A stretch of DNA of 64,000 nucleotides from an uncultured virus (IMG/VR IMGVR_UViG_3300025133_000034) (Duplodnaviria; Heunggongvirae; Uroviricota; Caudoviricetes): IMG/VR virus record IMGVR_UViG_3300025133_000034. One strand, given 5' to 3'. Below, one piece after another: positions 1-9,366 of the stretch (its first letter is position 1; every line of letters starts with the position of its first letter). The translations under genes and the position numbers were made by a program. Under the pieces are notes generated by a model, which was not told the origin of the DNA, made no database searches, and saw nothing but the letters and a program-made list of their open reading frames with translations.

Positions 1-1323
1 GCCGTCGGCGGCTTCAAATCTAGCCTTCCAGTGTTCTAGCTCTTGTAATTCAGCTAACTTGGAGGGGTTGTTCAAAGACAACTTAAATGACAAAAGATCT
101 TTGCCACGATATCCTAGAGTAAACAAATGAACTGTTACAATTTTTTCTAATTCAGAGATAACCGAACGCTGCAATCTTTGGATAGTGCGCGCAAATCTTA
201 TGTCTTTCTGGGCAAGAGCAGCTTTATCTTCCACAGACCCTTCAGGCTGCGTTAAATAAGCCGGCGGCACTTTGAGGGCGCTAAATAATTTATCACGCAA
301 ATATTTTACATCATCAATATCACCAGTATATTTACCGCCTCCTACAGATTCTATTTTTGTACCAGAGGTACCACCTCGAACTGGAATATAATAATCCTCT
401 TCGATACTAAGTGGGTTATATCTTAAGTCCACGCGGCCAGTATTAACGTCAACTACTTGATTTCTTTTCATTTGAGTCATAACGCGCTGCATGTATTGCT
501 CGACATCCTCCGGAGGGATGTTCCCCACATCAACATAAAAAGCCCGGCGGTCTGGAGAACGAACTATTCTATACGCCATCATCGCGTCTTCCAACAACGT
601 CAGCTGGCGCCAAATTCTTCTGGCTGGCTCAAGTACAGAAGTGCCGTACGGGGCAAATTTATCATTTCCCAAAATTCGAAAATGCCCGATTTGCCAATTT
701 TCTAAAGTTAAGCCGGCGGTGTTCCATTGGTACTGAATATAGTTTGGGTTGTTTTTATCTTCCCCCTCCAGCCTTTCAATCTCGTTTGAAGGTAAGCCAA
801 TTACGTTCTTTATTCCTTCGTCTTCTTCAATGTCTAAATATACAAAGAAATCTCCATATTTACACATAGAGCGGCACCAACCATATAAATTAAATTCAAC
901 ATTAATAACACTATAAAGCAGTGTTTCGACTGCAGTTTTAATCTCTTGGTTCTTACACAGAATATTAACCATGGGGCGATATACTGAATAGGTTGTCATT
1001 TCATCGGCATATATGTCTAAAGAAGAGGCAATCTCAGGTGTATACTCCATCTGATCAAAATCAACATATCTGTCTAATCTATTCTGGTTAGAGTAATAAT
1101 CATAATTAAGAGCGTTATACACGTCACTATATACAGAAGTCTTGAATTCTTGCCCACTAGCAGATCTTATTCTAGAACGATATTTGTCTAGCTTACGTCT
1201 TTTAAGTCGTCGTGTGTCTTGCCGGCGATAATTAACAATAGGCCCAGACAATAATTTTGTTAATTGTTTAAAAAGCGGATTCGCAGGGTTGTGGCTATTT
1301 CTTTTGTTTATTGGTCTGGCCAT
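1..1323 (-). CDS. gp20: T4 gp20-like portal protein (partial; runs off the window start; missing from the ORF track)
   Basis: Hand translation from ATG at 1323 stays open to position 1: MARPINKR...FDQMEYTPEIASSLDIYADE...PYGTSVLEPARRIWRQLTLLEDAMMAYRIVRSPDRRAFYVDVGNIPP...EEDYYIPVRGG...DIDDVKYLRDKLFSALKVPPAYL...KDIRFARTIQRLQ. These are gp20 hallmark motifs, and the gene follows the terminase. Confidence 0.95.
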   Translation of the reverse strand, partial: MARPINKRNSHNPANPLFKQLTKLLSGPIVNYRRQDTRRLKRRKLDKYRSRIRSASGQEFKTSVYSDVYNALNYDYYSNQNRLDRYVDFDQMEYTPEIASSLDIYADEMTTYSVYRPMVNILCKNQEIKTAVETLLYSVINVEFNLYGWCRSMCKYGDFFVYLDIEEDEGIKNVIGLPSNEIERLEGEDKNNPNYIQYQWNTAGLTLENWQIGHFRILGNDKFAPYGTSVLEPARRIWRQLTLLEDAMMAYRIVRSPDRRAFYVDVGNIPPEDVEQYMQRVMTQMKRNQVVDVNTGRVDLRYNPLSIEEDYYIPVRGGTSGTKIESVGGGKYTGDIDDVKYLRDKLFSALKVPPAYLTQPEGSVEDKAALAQKDIRFARTIQRLQRSVISELEKIVTVHLFTLGYRGKDLLSFKLSLNNPSKLAELQELEHWKARFEAADG

Positions 1324-1331
1324 TGGTTATC

Positions 1332-2906
1332 TCATCCTTTCAGAAGCCATAAGTGGTCTTCATAATTTTGTCTTTGTTTCTCTATATTTTTATTCTTTCT
1401 ATAGCCATCCATGCCCGGAATAGCAGTATTCATTTTTCTACCATCAGAGGTCATAGAACTTAAAAATGCCTTGCTGTACTCAACTGCTCTATGGTTTGTG
1501 GCTAAAGCCGTGTCTTTGACCCAACAGCCGATCGCGCATGCCATTATTAAATCATCATGATGCTTTTTCATAGCCTGAGGTCTTCCATTGTGCCAAATAA
1601 ATGTTTTCATTTCATTATAAAGTCTTTTTGATTTAATTTTAATTAGTTTATTTCTAACAAACTCTTCTAATTTAGCTACAACTAATGGTCTTGTTTTAGA
1701 AGTTGTAGAAAAACCAGGCGTTACGCCGGGCCCTTCTGCTAAATGAGGTTCAACATGCTCATGAGTCGATTTTCTAGAATAATATATATTAGGATAGCCC
1801 ATTTCTTCTAACTTGTTCAGTGTTGTCCAGCCAATAGAATTGTTCTCAACCACAACCATGCAATTGCCGTACTCTTTACCGGTCTGGAACAACAAATCAG
1901 CAAAAAGATCGGGCGCAGCTTTGCCCATGTATTCAGCGACAATAGTATTGGCTTCTAAATCAAATATATGAAACGTTGAATAGTCTTGGCCGTCTCCGCG
2001 GGCGACGTCAGCGGCCATCATATAAGAATGTTCAATATTGTATTCTTCCCATATCCACAAATTTCTATCAAATCCTGTTTTATATTTCGGCTCCTCTAGA
2101 GCGATGGCAATCTTCTCCATGTCCTCCGGATGAAACACTGTTTCGCCAGACATGTTGAAGTTGCACTCTAACTCCTGAGCAATTTGTCTACGAGACATGT
2201 TCTTTGTCTCCTTATCAAACCATTCTTGGTCTCTATCAGGGTGAACTCCCCATGGTAAAGAAACTAAATAAAAATCGTTTTTTTCCATTTCAGAGTCAAC
2301 ACAAGTCTGATGAAACCAGTTACCAACCCCGTTGGGGGTTGACAAAGCTATGCATCGGCCGCCTGTTGAAAGCGTTGGGTATAGGCCTGTCCAAAGTTCG
2401 TCTAATCCTTCGACATGAGCGGCTTCGTCAATTACTAATAGAGACAAAGCTTCAGAGCGGCCGGCGTCAGCGCTGGTCGAAGAAGCTTTTATTTGAGACC
2501 CGTTTGAAAGTTCGAAAGAGGTTCTATTATCTATAGATATATCCGCTATTTTGATCCAAGTTGGGAGATTTCGGTGAATAGCTTTAACTTTTTTAACTAG
2601 ATTGGCTGCAGTACCAAATTTAGTGGCTATAACAAGCACATTTTTATCGCGATGAAACAACATCATCCATGCAACATATGCTGCGGTAATCGTTGAAATA
2701 CCAAGCTGGCGTGCCTTTAAAATAACAGTAAAACGATGATCGTTATAGTCGTTAACTAGATCTGTTTGAAAATCGTAAGTCTTGAAAGGTATCAAACCTT
2801 TTATCGGGTGGGAAATTTTTGCATAATTATTAATAAAATAAACCGGTTCCTTCCCGCATTTAATAATCTCTTTTACGACCTGTTCTTTCGTTAAAGAAAA
2901 AGACAT
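1332..2906 (-). CDS. gp17: Terminase large subunit (T4 gp17-like)
   Basis: Walker A LKARQLGIST, Walker B LLVIDEAAH, coupling motif ALSTPNG, nuclease motifs AADVARGDGQDYS and HDDLIMA. Adjacent to the portal. ATG at 2906 is preferred over TTG at 2912. Confidence 0.96.
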   Translation of the reverse strand: MSFSLTKEQVVKEIIKCGKEPVYFINNYAKISHPIKGLIPFKTYDFQTDLVNDYNDHRFTVILKARQLGISTITAAYVAWMMLFHRDKNVLVIATKFGTAANLVKKVKAIHRNLPTWIKIADISIDNRTSFELSNGSQIKASSTSADAGRSEALSLLVIDEAAHVEGLDELWTGLYPTLSTGGRCIALSTPNGVGNWFHQTCVDSEMEKNDFYLVSLPWGVHPDRDQEWFDKETKNMSRRQIAQELECNFNMSGETVFHPEDMEKIAIALEEPKYKTGFDRNLWIWEEYNIEHSYMMAADVARGDGQDYSTFHIFDLEANTIVAEYMGKAAPDLFADLLFQTGKEYGNCMVVVENNSIGWTTLNKLEEMGYPNIYYSRKSTHEHVEPHLAEGPGVTPGFSTTSKTRPLVVAKLEEFVRNKLIKIKSKRLYNEMKTFIWHNGRPQAMKKHHDDLIMACAIGCWVKDTALATNHRAVEYSKAFLSSMTSDGRKMNTAIPGMDGYRKNKNIEKQRQNYEDHLWLLKG

Positions 2907-2908
2907 TT

Positions 2909-3427
2909 TCAAGTCTTATATTTGTTGCCACCCTGTTTTAGAAATTTCTGAAAATTCTTTTCTAATGCGGGAGGGCCGTCGTCAGTCAGGACGTCCTGGG
3001 TGTCACCCATATTACCAATCTTGTAGCTACATTTTGCAGTAGCCCAACAACGTACGCGACTAGATGATTCAATTCTGACAACGGGGTCACTCTTCTTTGT
3101 TAAGGTAAGGGCTTTCCCCTCGTTGGATTTGTATCGCTTTTTGAGTTCAGAAATAATTTTTGCCATCATACGACCAGTTTCGGCTTCGAAATCTTGGCTA
3201 TAGATCTCTTTTAGTTTTACGTCAGCATGATAAGATAGTACCAAAGTCTCACCCATTATACCCACATTAAAACCGTCCATTACTCTAGAGCCATAAATAG
3301 GATGCCCTTCTTCTCTCTTCAAGCCAATTTTGACTGGCTCTCCATTTTCATTAATTGCCCCGTCATAGCCAATATCGGCAGCTGCTTGGGCGATTCCTCT
3401 TACAATATCAAGTACTTTTTGTGACAT
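2909..3427 (-). CDS. Hypothetical phage protein, 172 aa
   Basis: Clean ORF, tightly coupled to both neighbours; no recognisable motif. Confidence 0.8.
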   Translation of the reverse strand: MSQKVLDIVRGIAQAAADIGYDGAINENGEPVKIGLKREEGHPIYGSRVMDGFNVGIMGETLVLSYHADVKLKEIYSQDFEAETGRMMAKIISELKKRYKSNEGKALTLTKKSDPVVRIESSSRVRCWATAKCSYKIGNMGDTQDVLTDDGPPALEKNFQKFLKQGGNKYKT

Positions 3428-3803
3428 TTTCTGGTCTCCATCCTTTTAACCATCTCTCTTCCCGGTGCTCAACAAATTTAATGTAACACTCGTGACAACA
3501 TTCATATTTTATGTAATATACTTCATCATTAACTGTTTTGCTCTTTGTATCGCAAACGGAACATGTTATTTTGTTACCTTTATTAAATAGTTTTTGAGTT
3601 ATTAAAACACCGTTAACATTTTCAGGCTCCACGTAGGTCTCGAAATTTTGCTGCTTTTTAACAAAATCTTTAACTTGTTCTAGATAATCGGTTTCTTTCA
3701 TTTTGTCCCATCGCGAGGCAGGGTTTTGAATTGCTTCATCGCCATACTTCTTTTTAATGGCCTTTTCCAATCCGGCAATATAATTCAAATCCTTTTCTTT
3801 CAT
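3408..3803 (-). CDS. Hypothetical protein with a putative Cys zinc-binding motif
   Basis: CSVC...CCHEC; ATGA overlap with the upstream gene. Confidence 0.75.
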   Translation of the reverse strand: MKEKDLNYIAGLEKAIKKKYGDEAIQNPASRWDKMKETDYLEQVKDFVKKQQNFETYVEPENVNGVLITQKLFNKGNKITCSVCDTKSKTVNDEVYYIKYECCHECYIKFVEHREERWLKGWRPENVTKST

Positions 3804-4258
3804 TTTACTACTTCGACGCTAGCGTAAAACACGGTGACAGACAAAACAATGCCAATAGCAACACCACCTAAAATCCACCATTCAGTATAATCATTGCCCA
3901 TTTCTTCTTTTAAAAGTAGGTTTAAGTCACTAATCTGTTGATCCCTCAGCAAAGTAATCTCTTTATGAACTTTTTGCAGGGAATCATGCTCTACTTTAAG
4001 GAGATCAAAAGCCAATCTTTTGTTGGCTAATTCTTGTTGAAACTCTTTCCTCAATTGAAGTTCAATTTCAGATCTTAAATACCTTTGATCTATAATCATT
4101 TTTGATGCGGCGATTGGATCTAATAAAACGCCGGCGTAGGGGGCTTTTTCATCTAGTGAAATTGAAGTGACCTTGCCTTCAAGTTCTTCTGCGTTTGCTT
4201 CGAATGGAACCAGAATAATTAAAGCCGATATAAAGCATGCTAATATTTTTTTAAACAT
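3800..4258 (-). CDS. Exported coiled-coil protein with a C-terminal TM helix (possibly spanin-like)
   Basis: Signal peptide MFKKILACFISALIILVPFEANA, heptad coiled coil, C-terminal hydrophobic WWILGGVAIGIVLSVTVFYA. The function is an inference. Confidence 0.6.
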   Translation of the reverse strand: MFKKILACFISALIILVPFEANAEELEGKVTSISLDEKAPYAGVLLDPIAASKMIIDQRYLRSEIELQLRKEFQQELANKRLAFDLLKVEHDSLQKVHKEITLLRDQQISDLNLLLKEEMGNDYTEWWILGGVAIGIVLSVTVFYASVEVVK

Positions 4259-4265
4259 ATATTAC

Positions 4266-4667
4266 CTATTTTTTTTTAAGAAATTCCGCGCTAAGAATTC
4301 TAGCTATCTCCTCTGCTAGCTTGTCTGGACTATCTTTGTTTTCTTCAATCGTAGCAACAAGCTCTTTTTGCTTTTCTTCTTCAAGTTCCTCTACCTTAAT
4401 GTCGTGCTCTTCTTCTATTTTCTCAATTTCTTTTATATGTTCCGTAAAGATCTCAGTTTTTTTCTTATCGGTTTCTTCAGCTGCTTCTTTAATGATCTGT
4501 ATTTCTTTTTCATAATTCTCCTTTTGTTTTTGAAGTAATTCAAAAACTTTCTTTTTTGAATTAGAGCCAGATACTACTGAAAAGATTAATAGCGCTATTA
4601 TGACAGGCCAATACCAATAATGCTTAAGCCAAGTCCAGACTTTTTTCCAAAAAACTTTAGTAAGCAT
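4266..4667 (-). CDS. N-terminal TM plus coiled-coil protein (i-spanin-like topology)
   Basis: WYWPVIIALLIFSVVS followed by a long E/K-rich coiled coil. Confidence 0.6.
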   Translation of the reverse strand: MLTKVFWKKVWTWLKHYWYWPVIIALLIFSVVSGSNSKKKVFELLQKQKENYEKEIQIIKEAAEETDKKKTEIFTEHIKEIEKIEEEHDIKVEELEEEKQKELVATIEENKDSPDKLAEEIARILSAEFLKKK

Positions 4668-4669
4668 GT

Positions 4670-5368
4670 TTAAACCTCTGGTAAGGGTAATTCCTGCTGC
4701 GAATACGCGTCGGACGGCTCATTGTAAGGATCAGCTAGCCAATCTGTTATCTTTTCAACTATTTTTATTTTTTCTAACTCATCAGCTATGTAATTAACTC
4801 GTTTTAAAAAAAGCTCAAGATTTTTCATCGGGTCGTAGGATGCTTGTGCTTTTTCAATCTCGCGCCGGGCGTGGCGTGTGAGTTTGGTAGGCTGGTACCC
4901 GACCCTGAGCCATGGTGGGGCGACAGGCACATAATATATATGTATCGCGCTGTAAGGCTCCGTCATAATATTAATACTACTTAATTGGGCTTCGTCGAAG
5001 TTCTCCAGGCGCGCATCGTCAATAATACCTCGAATTTCCTCTTCCAGATCCCCTTCGGCTTCGAAGCTTCTTTCGGATATTTTGACTGTTGCAATTTGTA
5101 TTGTCGCACTATAGACTATTTCATCGTCATCTAAATCAAGATCATAATCTACTATTGGTCTGCCGCGGCCCCATCGATGCTGGGATCCTTTAGCAGAATT
5201 AAGACTATATTTTTCAATTAATTTTTCTGCTGCATCAAAATCGATAGCCCATTGTTCTTGAGGAAGCTGATCGTACGCCTCCTGGTCGAAGCGGTGCCGG
5301 AGAATCTCTTCTGGGCTTTCTTCTGCTTCGTTAATATACCTTCTAAAATTTTCAAATAGCTTTTTCAT
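4670..5368 (-). CDS. Acidic hypothetical protein, putative internal head protein
   Basis: 232-aa ORF with N-terminal leader MKKLFENFRRYINE and a very acidic body. Confidence 0.7.
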   Translation of the reverse strand: MKKLFENFRRYINEAEESPEEILRHRFDQEAYDQLPQEQWAIDFDAAEKLIEKYSLNSAKGSQHRWGRGRPIVDYDLDLDDDEIVYSATIQIATVKISERSFEAEGDLEEEIRGIIDDARLENFDEAQLSSINIMTEPYSAIHIYYVPVAPPWLRVGYQPTKLTRHARREIEKAQASYDPMKNLELFLKRVNYIADELEKIKIVEKITDWLADPYNEPSDAYSQQELPLPEV

Positions 5369-5511
5369 TGGCTAACTTCTCCTACTTCATATGTTTTATC
5401 AAATATTTCTCTTCCGACGGCGCCATAATCTCCAGGACCATATTGTACCAGATAATCATCATGGTTAAAACCGGCAGCTACGATTACATCTTTTATTTTT
5501 CTTATTTCCAT
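5365..5511 (-). CDS. 48-aa small protein carrying a PGDYG motif (not in the ORF track)
   Basis: MEIRKIKDVIVAAGFNHDDYLVQYGPGDYGAVGREIFDKTYEVGEVSQ*. It starts 2 nt after the upstream stop, and its TGA overlaps the next ATG (ATGA), so it fills the gap exactly. Confidence 0.7.
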   Translation of the reverse strand: MEIRKIKDVIVAAGFNHDDYLVQYGPGDYGAVGREIFDKTYEVGEVSQ

Positions 5512-5513
5512 CT

Positions 5514-5927
5514 CTACAGATCATCATCATCTGGGAAAGCGTCAGCGTAGTCGTCTCCGGAACCCCCTGATTCTCCGGCCACGGCCTCTTTTGCTAAAGG
5601 GGTTTCCATCATCGTATATGCACCTGGGCCGGCCGGAACCATCTTTTCAGCATTAACAAGTATTTCGTCCTCACTCATGTTATCCGATCTTGCTTCCTCA
5701 GAATCGAGGGTCGGAATTATAGTTGCAGTAATAGCCTTTGGCCATGCCGGCGGTGCACCGCCGCGCTTAGCTAATATCCCATATGCATTGCTAACTGACG
5801 TTAACAAAGTACCGTAATCTTCCAGCCCTTCAGGTGCATCCCAGGCCCGGGCGCGCTTGGCATAATCCCTATTCTCATGCAGAAAATATCTAGGGTCTCT
5901 TCGTCTTTTATTTTTAATTAATTTCAT
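5514..5927 (-). CDS. Hypothetical protein, putative internal head protein
   Basis: Probable start MKLIKNKRRRDPRYFLHE (ATG at 5927, GGGAG upstream); acidic C-terminus. Confidence 0.7.
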   Translation of the reverse strand: MKLIKNKRRRDPRYFLHENRDYAKRARAWDAPEGLEDYGTLLTSVSNAYGILAKRGGAPPAWPKAITATIIPTLDSEEARSDNMSEDEILVNAEKMVPAGPGAYTMMETPLAKEAVAGESGGSGDDYADAFPDDDDL

Positions 5928-5929
5928 AA

Positions 5930-6124
5930 TTAACTCCCGTGTTTCCATCTAGCTGCTATATCAACTAACGCCTCGGAACCAATGTAACATAAGGTGACTG
6001 CAACCCAGTCCTCACTTGTTAATGAGTTGCTTGCAACCAAATAAGTTGCTGTGCCCCATGCTAAAAATTTACGGGATATAAATCGATTTAAATGTTTGTC
6101 CAACCATGCTGTTACTCTTGCCAT
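5930..6124 (-). CDS. Small membrane protein, holin-like
   Basis: 64 aa with two hydrophobic segments and an SRKFL...YIGSEALVD pattern resembling small phage holins. GGAG RBS and an upstream ACTATTTA motif. Confidence 0.55.
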   Translation of the reverse strand: MARVTAWLDKHLNRFISRKFLAWGTATYLVASNSLTSEDWVAVTLCYIGSEALVDIAARWKHGS

Positions 6125-6145
6125 AATATAAGTCTCCTATATATA

Positions 6146-6153
6146 TAAATAGT
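6146..6153 (-). promoter_or_regulatory. Candidate late promoter ACTATTTA
   Basis: Intergenic, about 22 nt upstream of the ATG at 6124; the same motif recurs before other genes. Confidence 0.55.
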
Positions 6154-9100
6154 CTACTCATTTACATATGCCCGATCGTCATTTTTCTCAATTAAGATTT
6201 CCTGGTCTACAATGTCTTTTAATGAATCCAAATGGGAAACAAGTATCACAGTTTTAAACTGAGATTTAATCATATCAAGAATACGAATAAAGCCTTCCAC
6301 ATTCTCAGCATCTAAAGCAGTGCCAGGTTCATCTAAAATAAATACATCGCCCTTTGGAAGGTTCGAGACATTCAAAAGCGCTAAGCGGATGGCCATGGCA
6401 GCAATTGTTTTCTCCGCCCCTGATCCCATCTCAATAGGACGAGCATCATGTTTCGGGTGTTTAAGGAGAATATCAAGTTTCTTCTCATCATTCTCAAAAA
6501 ACACTTCAAAATCAACAATATTTGTTAAAATTTTAGATATTTCATCATTGATAATAGGCAAGCGTTTCTTGATGATGTCGTAAGAAATACCATTTGGATG
6601 CATACACCTCATAAAAAGATCAGCAGCTGTGAACTCCTCTTGCAGATCAATATAATCTTGTCTCTGTCTATTTAGATCTTTGTTTTTTTGTTCCAAACTA
6701 CCAACAGTACGGTATAGCTCCATCAATTCTTGTTTAAAGTTCTCAGTTTTATTATCAAAAAGCTGGATTTGTGACTTTAAGAATTCTTTCTTCTCTTCTA
6801 GAGAATCTAAATTTTCAATTGCTTCCTTGTTTTGTTCATAAAGTTGCTCTTTCTCCTTTAGACCATCGAGGATGCTTTCTATTTGCATTAAACGTATCTT
6901 ATCTTTTTCGATCTGAAGCTTAAGGTCTGATACCTGCGCACCTTTTGTTACCTTTTTTTCTTGAATCATATAATATTTTTCAGCGTATTCATCTAGCTTT
7001 ACAGGGTTTAACTCTGTTAACTTCCCAGCGATCGTCTTTTTGTTCAATGTCAGCTGGTTCATGCCTATTTTTACGCGATTGACATCACCAATTGCACTTC
7101 GTGCATCAACTACAAAATGACACTTTTCTTGTAACTTGTACGCGCAGGGAACTTGACGAAGTAAATCAATCTTATGTTCTATGGCTTCCTTTTGTTGTTC
7201 ATAGCTACTAATTTCTGTTTCAATCTGATCAATCTTCTGTCGATATTCCTCTGCAGTTTGTTTTTGGCTATTAACATCTTCAATGTCAAATCCATTGATA
7301 AAATTTTCAATTTTTTGTAAAAATGCTTCTTCACTGCTTAACACCTCTTGTTTTTTCTTAAGATTTACCTCTACTATGGCAGCTTCTTGTTTGAGCTTCT
7401 TAAGCTTTTTAATAACTTGTCCAATATCAATAACTTCTTCTGGGATGGAACTAAACTGTTTCTCTATTTCTAAAAGCTGTGTCTGTAGGTCTTGAGATTC
7501 GAGCGCTAGCTCCTCTTGTTTTCTCTGTCTGTACATCAACTCTGTATCTGCAACGGCCAGCTCAGAATTAGATTCTTTAATTTCTGAATCGTAATCTCTA
7601 TCAGAGAGTTTTTTCAGTGCCCCCTTCATATCTGAAGAATCTTCTTTTACCAACTTAAACTTTTGATCAAAAATCTCCAAATCCAAGAACTTTGCAAGGA
7701 TCTCTTTCCGTCTCGTTGATCCCTCGTTTAGGTAAGACAAGGAGCCTAGCTGACTAGCCATTGAAGTTGTTAGAAAATCATCAATAGTTCCAAAGATCTT
7801 ACGAATATTTTTGTCTGTCTCTATTCGTGTAATGCCATTTAAGGGTGTCTCTAGCTCAGTTAGATGATCATAAACAGAGAATTCCACATCCGTCTTGGCT
7901 TCATCTGTGGTCTTACCTTTGATTTTCTTCTTATATTTCTTGCTTGTTCTCTCAATTTTATAAGTCTTCGTACCGATATCAACCTCAGTATAGCCTCGAC
8001 ACTCATCCTCATTTTGATTAATAAGATTAAGGTTTTTACGGCTATTCTTCGAAGTCGTGTTAAAGATTGTGTAAAGCATACTATCGATAATACTTGACTT
8101 TCCGGAAAAATTCTTCCCTAAAATACCCACCACTCCATTCATGTTGGAAAACTCAATTGAATTGCCCTCTCCATAGTTAAAGAGGTTGTCCCATTCTAAT
8201 CTCTTAATTTTCCAATTAATGTTTCTTCGAACGTCTTCTTCTTTTTCAACAAGACTATTGTATTTCTTGTTCATCTCATATACGTTCTTTAGCGTCTCGT
8301 CAGAAGGCTGGTAATCATTCAAATATTCTTGAATAAATTCTTCTTGTACGGCAATATCACGTAAGTCCTCCTGCACCAACCCGCTGGTTAGTTCTTCGAC
8401 GCTCCCTCTTTCACCGGCAGACCTACTTAAATAGGTTACGACCTCAGGTTGAAAGCGCGCCTTTGCGACGTCTACTGCTCGGCGAGCTACGTCTAAAGGT
8501 AAGTTGTTCTCAGAAATTAGCCGTAATCTGGCGTTTTTTTGTACTGCAAGCTTATTCGGGATCCTACCCTTAGGTGTGAGCTTAACAGTTATAAAAGGTT
8601 TAGGATTTGCTAAAATATGATGCTTACATGTGAAGCTATCTTTATCTAGAATATCCCATATCAAGAACCCTTTGTCGTTGGTTTCTCCATGATTTTGTTG
8701 GACCGTCGAGCCAGGATAACGAATCTTCCCCTCTTTGTCGAGGGTTTGATTGGTTTTGTGTATATCTCCAAGAAAACCATAGTCAAAATTATTAAAAATA
8801 TTAATGTCATCTTCGCCGTGTTCCATTGTCCAGCCAGTATCCGTTTTTACTCCACTAACAGAGCCGTGATACAAAGCAATATTAGTTCTATCTGAGCTGG
8901 TTGGGTTCTTCCAATTATCTCTATCAAAAACTGACAAAACATTAATAGTAAACTTGTCATCTAAAACAACCTCTCCGGAGTCCTTTAATAAATGTAGATT
9001 CGAATGATCTAAAGCCGAAACAATTGGAGTTAAAGCATCTTGTCGACTTAAATTACGCAAATTGCCATCATGATTCCCCAAAATAATATATGTCGGAGCA

Positions 9101-9309
9101 ATGTCAGCTAAGCTTTTAAAAAAGCCTGAACACATATCAACAAATTCAGGACTTATCTGAGTCTTCGTGTGTGCTATATCGCCACAATGAATAATATAAT
9201 CTGGTTTTTCTTCTCTAAGTCTCTCGTAAAGCTGTGAAAACACTTCACGATATTCTTTATGATATTTTAAATTACGTATATGTGTATCTGCTATATGAGC
9301 AAACTTCAT
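6154..9309 (-). CDS. Mre11/SbcD (gp47) - Rad50/SbcC (gp46) fusion nuclease-ATPase
   Basis: Phosphoesterase motifs HIADTH, GDIAH, GNHD, YHG and LGDIH. These are followed by Walker A GKNFSGKSS, a long coiled coil, signature GSGAEK, Walker B FILDEPGTALD and H-loop VSH. ATG at 9309 is preceded by GGAGG. Confidence 0.93.
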   Translation of the reverse strand: MKFAHIADTHIRNLKYHKEYREVFSQLYERLREEKPDYIIHCGDIAHTKTQISPEFVDMCSGFFKSLADIAPTYIILGNHDGNLRNLSRQDALTPIVSALDHSNLHLLKDSGEVVLDDKFTINVLSVFDRDNWKNPTSSDRTNIALYHGSVSGVKTDTGWTMEHGEDDINIFNNFDYGFLGDIHKTNQTLDKEGKIRYPGSTVQQNHGETNDKGFLIWDILDKDSFTCKHHILANPKPFITVKLTPKGRIPNKLAVQKNARLRLISENNLPLDVARRAVDVAKARFQPEVVTYLSRSAGERGSVEELTSGLVQEDLRDIAVQEEFIQEYLNDYQPSDETLKNVYEMNKKYNSLVEKEEDVRRNINWKIKRLEWDNLFNYGEGNSIEFSNMNGVVGILGKNFSGKSSIIDSMLYTIFNTTSKNSRKNLNLINQNEDECRGYTEVDIGTKTYKIERTSKKYKKKIKGKTTDEAKTDVEFSVYDHLTELETPLNGITRIETDKNIRKIFGTIDDFLTTSMASQLGSLSYLNEGSTRRKEILAKFLDLEIFDQKFKLVKEDSSDMKGALKKLSDRDYDSEIKESNSELAVADTELMYRQRKQEELALESQDLQTQLLEIEKQFSSIPEEVIDIGQVIKKLKKLKQEAAIVEVNLKKKQEVLSSEEAFLQKIENFINGFDIEDVNSQKQTAEEYRQKIDQIETEISSYEQQKEAIEHKIDLLRQVPCAYKLQEKCHFVVDARSAIGDVNRVKIGMNQLTLNKKTIAGKLTELNPVKLDEYAEKYYMIQEKKVTKGAQVSDLKLQIEKDKIRLMQIESILDGLKEKEQLYEQNKEAIENLDSLEEKKEFLKSQIQLFDNKTENFKQELMELYRTVGSLEQKNKDLNRQRQDYIDLQEEFTAADLFMRCMHPNGISYDIIKKRLPIINDEISKILTNIVDFEVFFENDEKKLDILLKHPKHDARPIEMGSGAEKTIAAMAIRLALLNVSNLPKGDVFILDEPGTALDAENVEGFIRILDMIKSQFKTVILVSHLDSLKDIVDQEILIEKNDDRAYVNE

Positions 9310-9366
9310 ACATACCTCCAAGCACTTCTCTAAATAAAGATAGACACCATAAAAAAATAATAAATA

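Noticed and set aside
5368..5550. 60-aa plus-strand ORF filling the gap
   Set aside because: The minus-strand 48-aa PGDYG ORF fits the gap with coupled start and stop and matches the orientation of all other genes.
6144..6151. Exact T4 late promoter TATAAATA on the plus strand
   Set aside because: It points away from all genes; better read as the reverse complement of the coding-strand ACTATTTA motif.
6154..9309. Eukaryotic giant virus (NCLDV) origin, suggested by the fused Mre11-Rad50 and the sugar genes
   Set aside because: The T4-like portal, terminase, gp6, gp25, bacterial-type sigma, SD sequences and peptidoglycan peptidase indicate a tailed bacteriophage.
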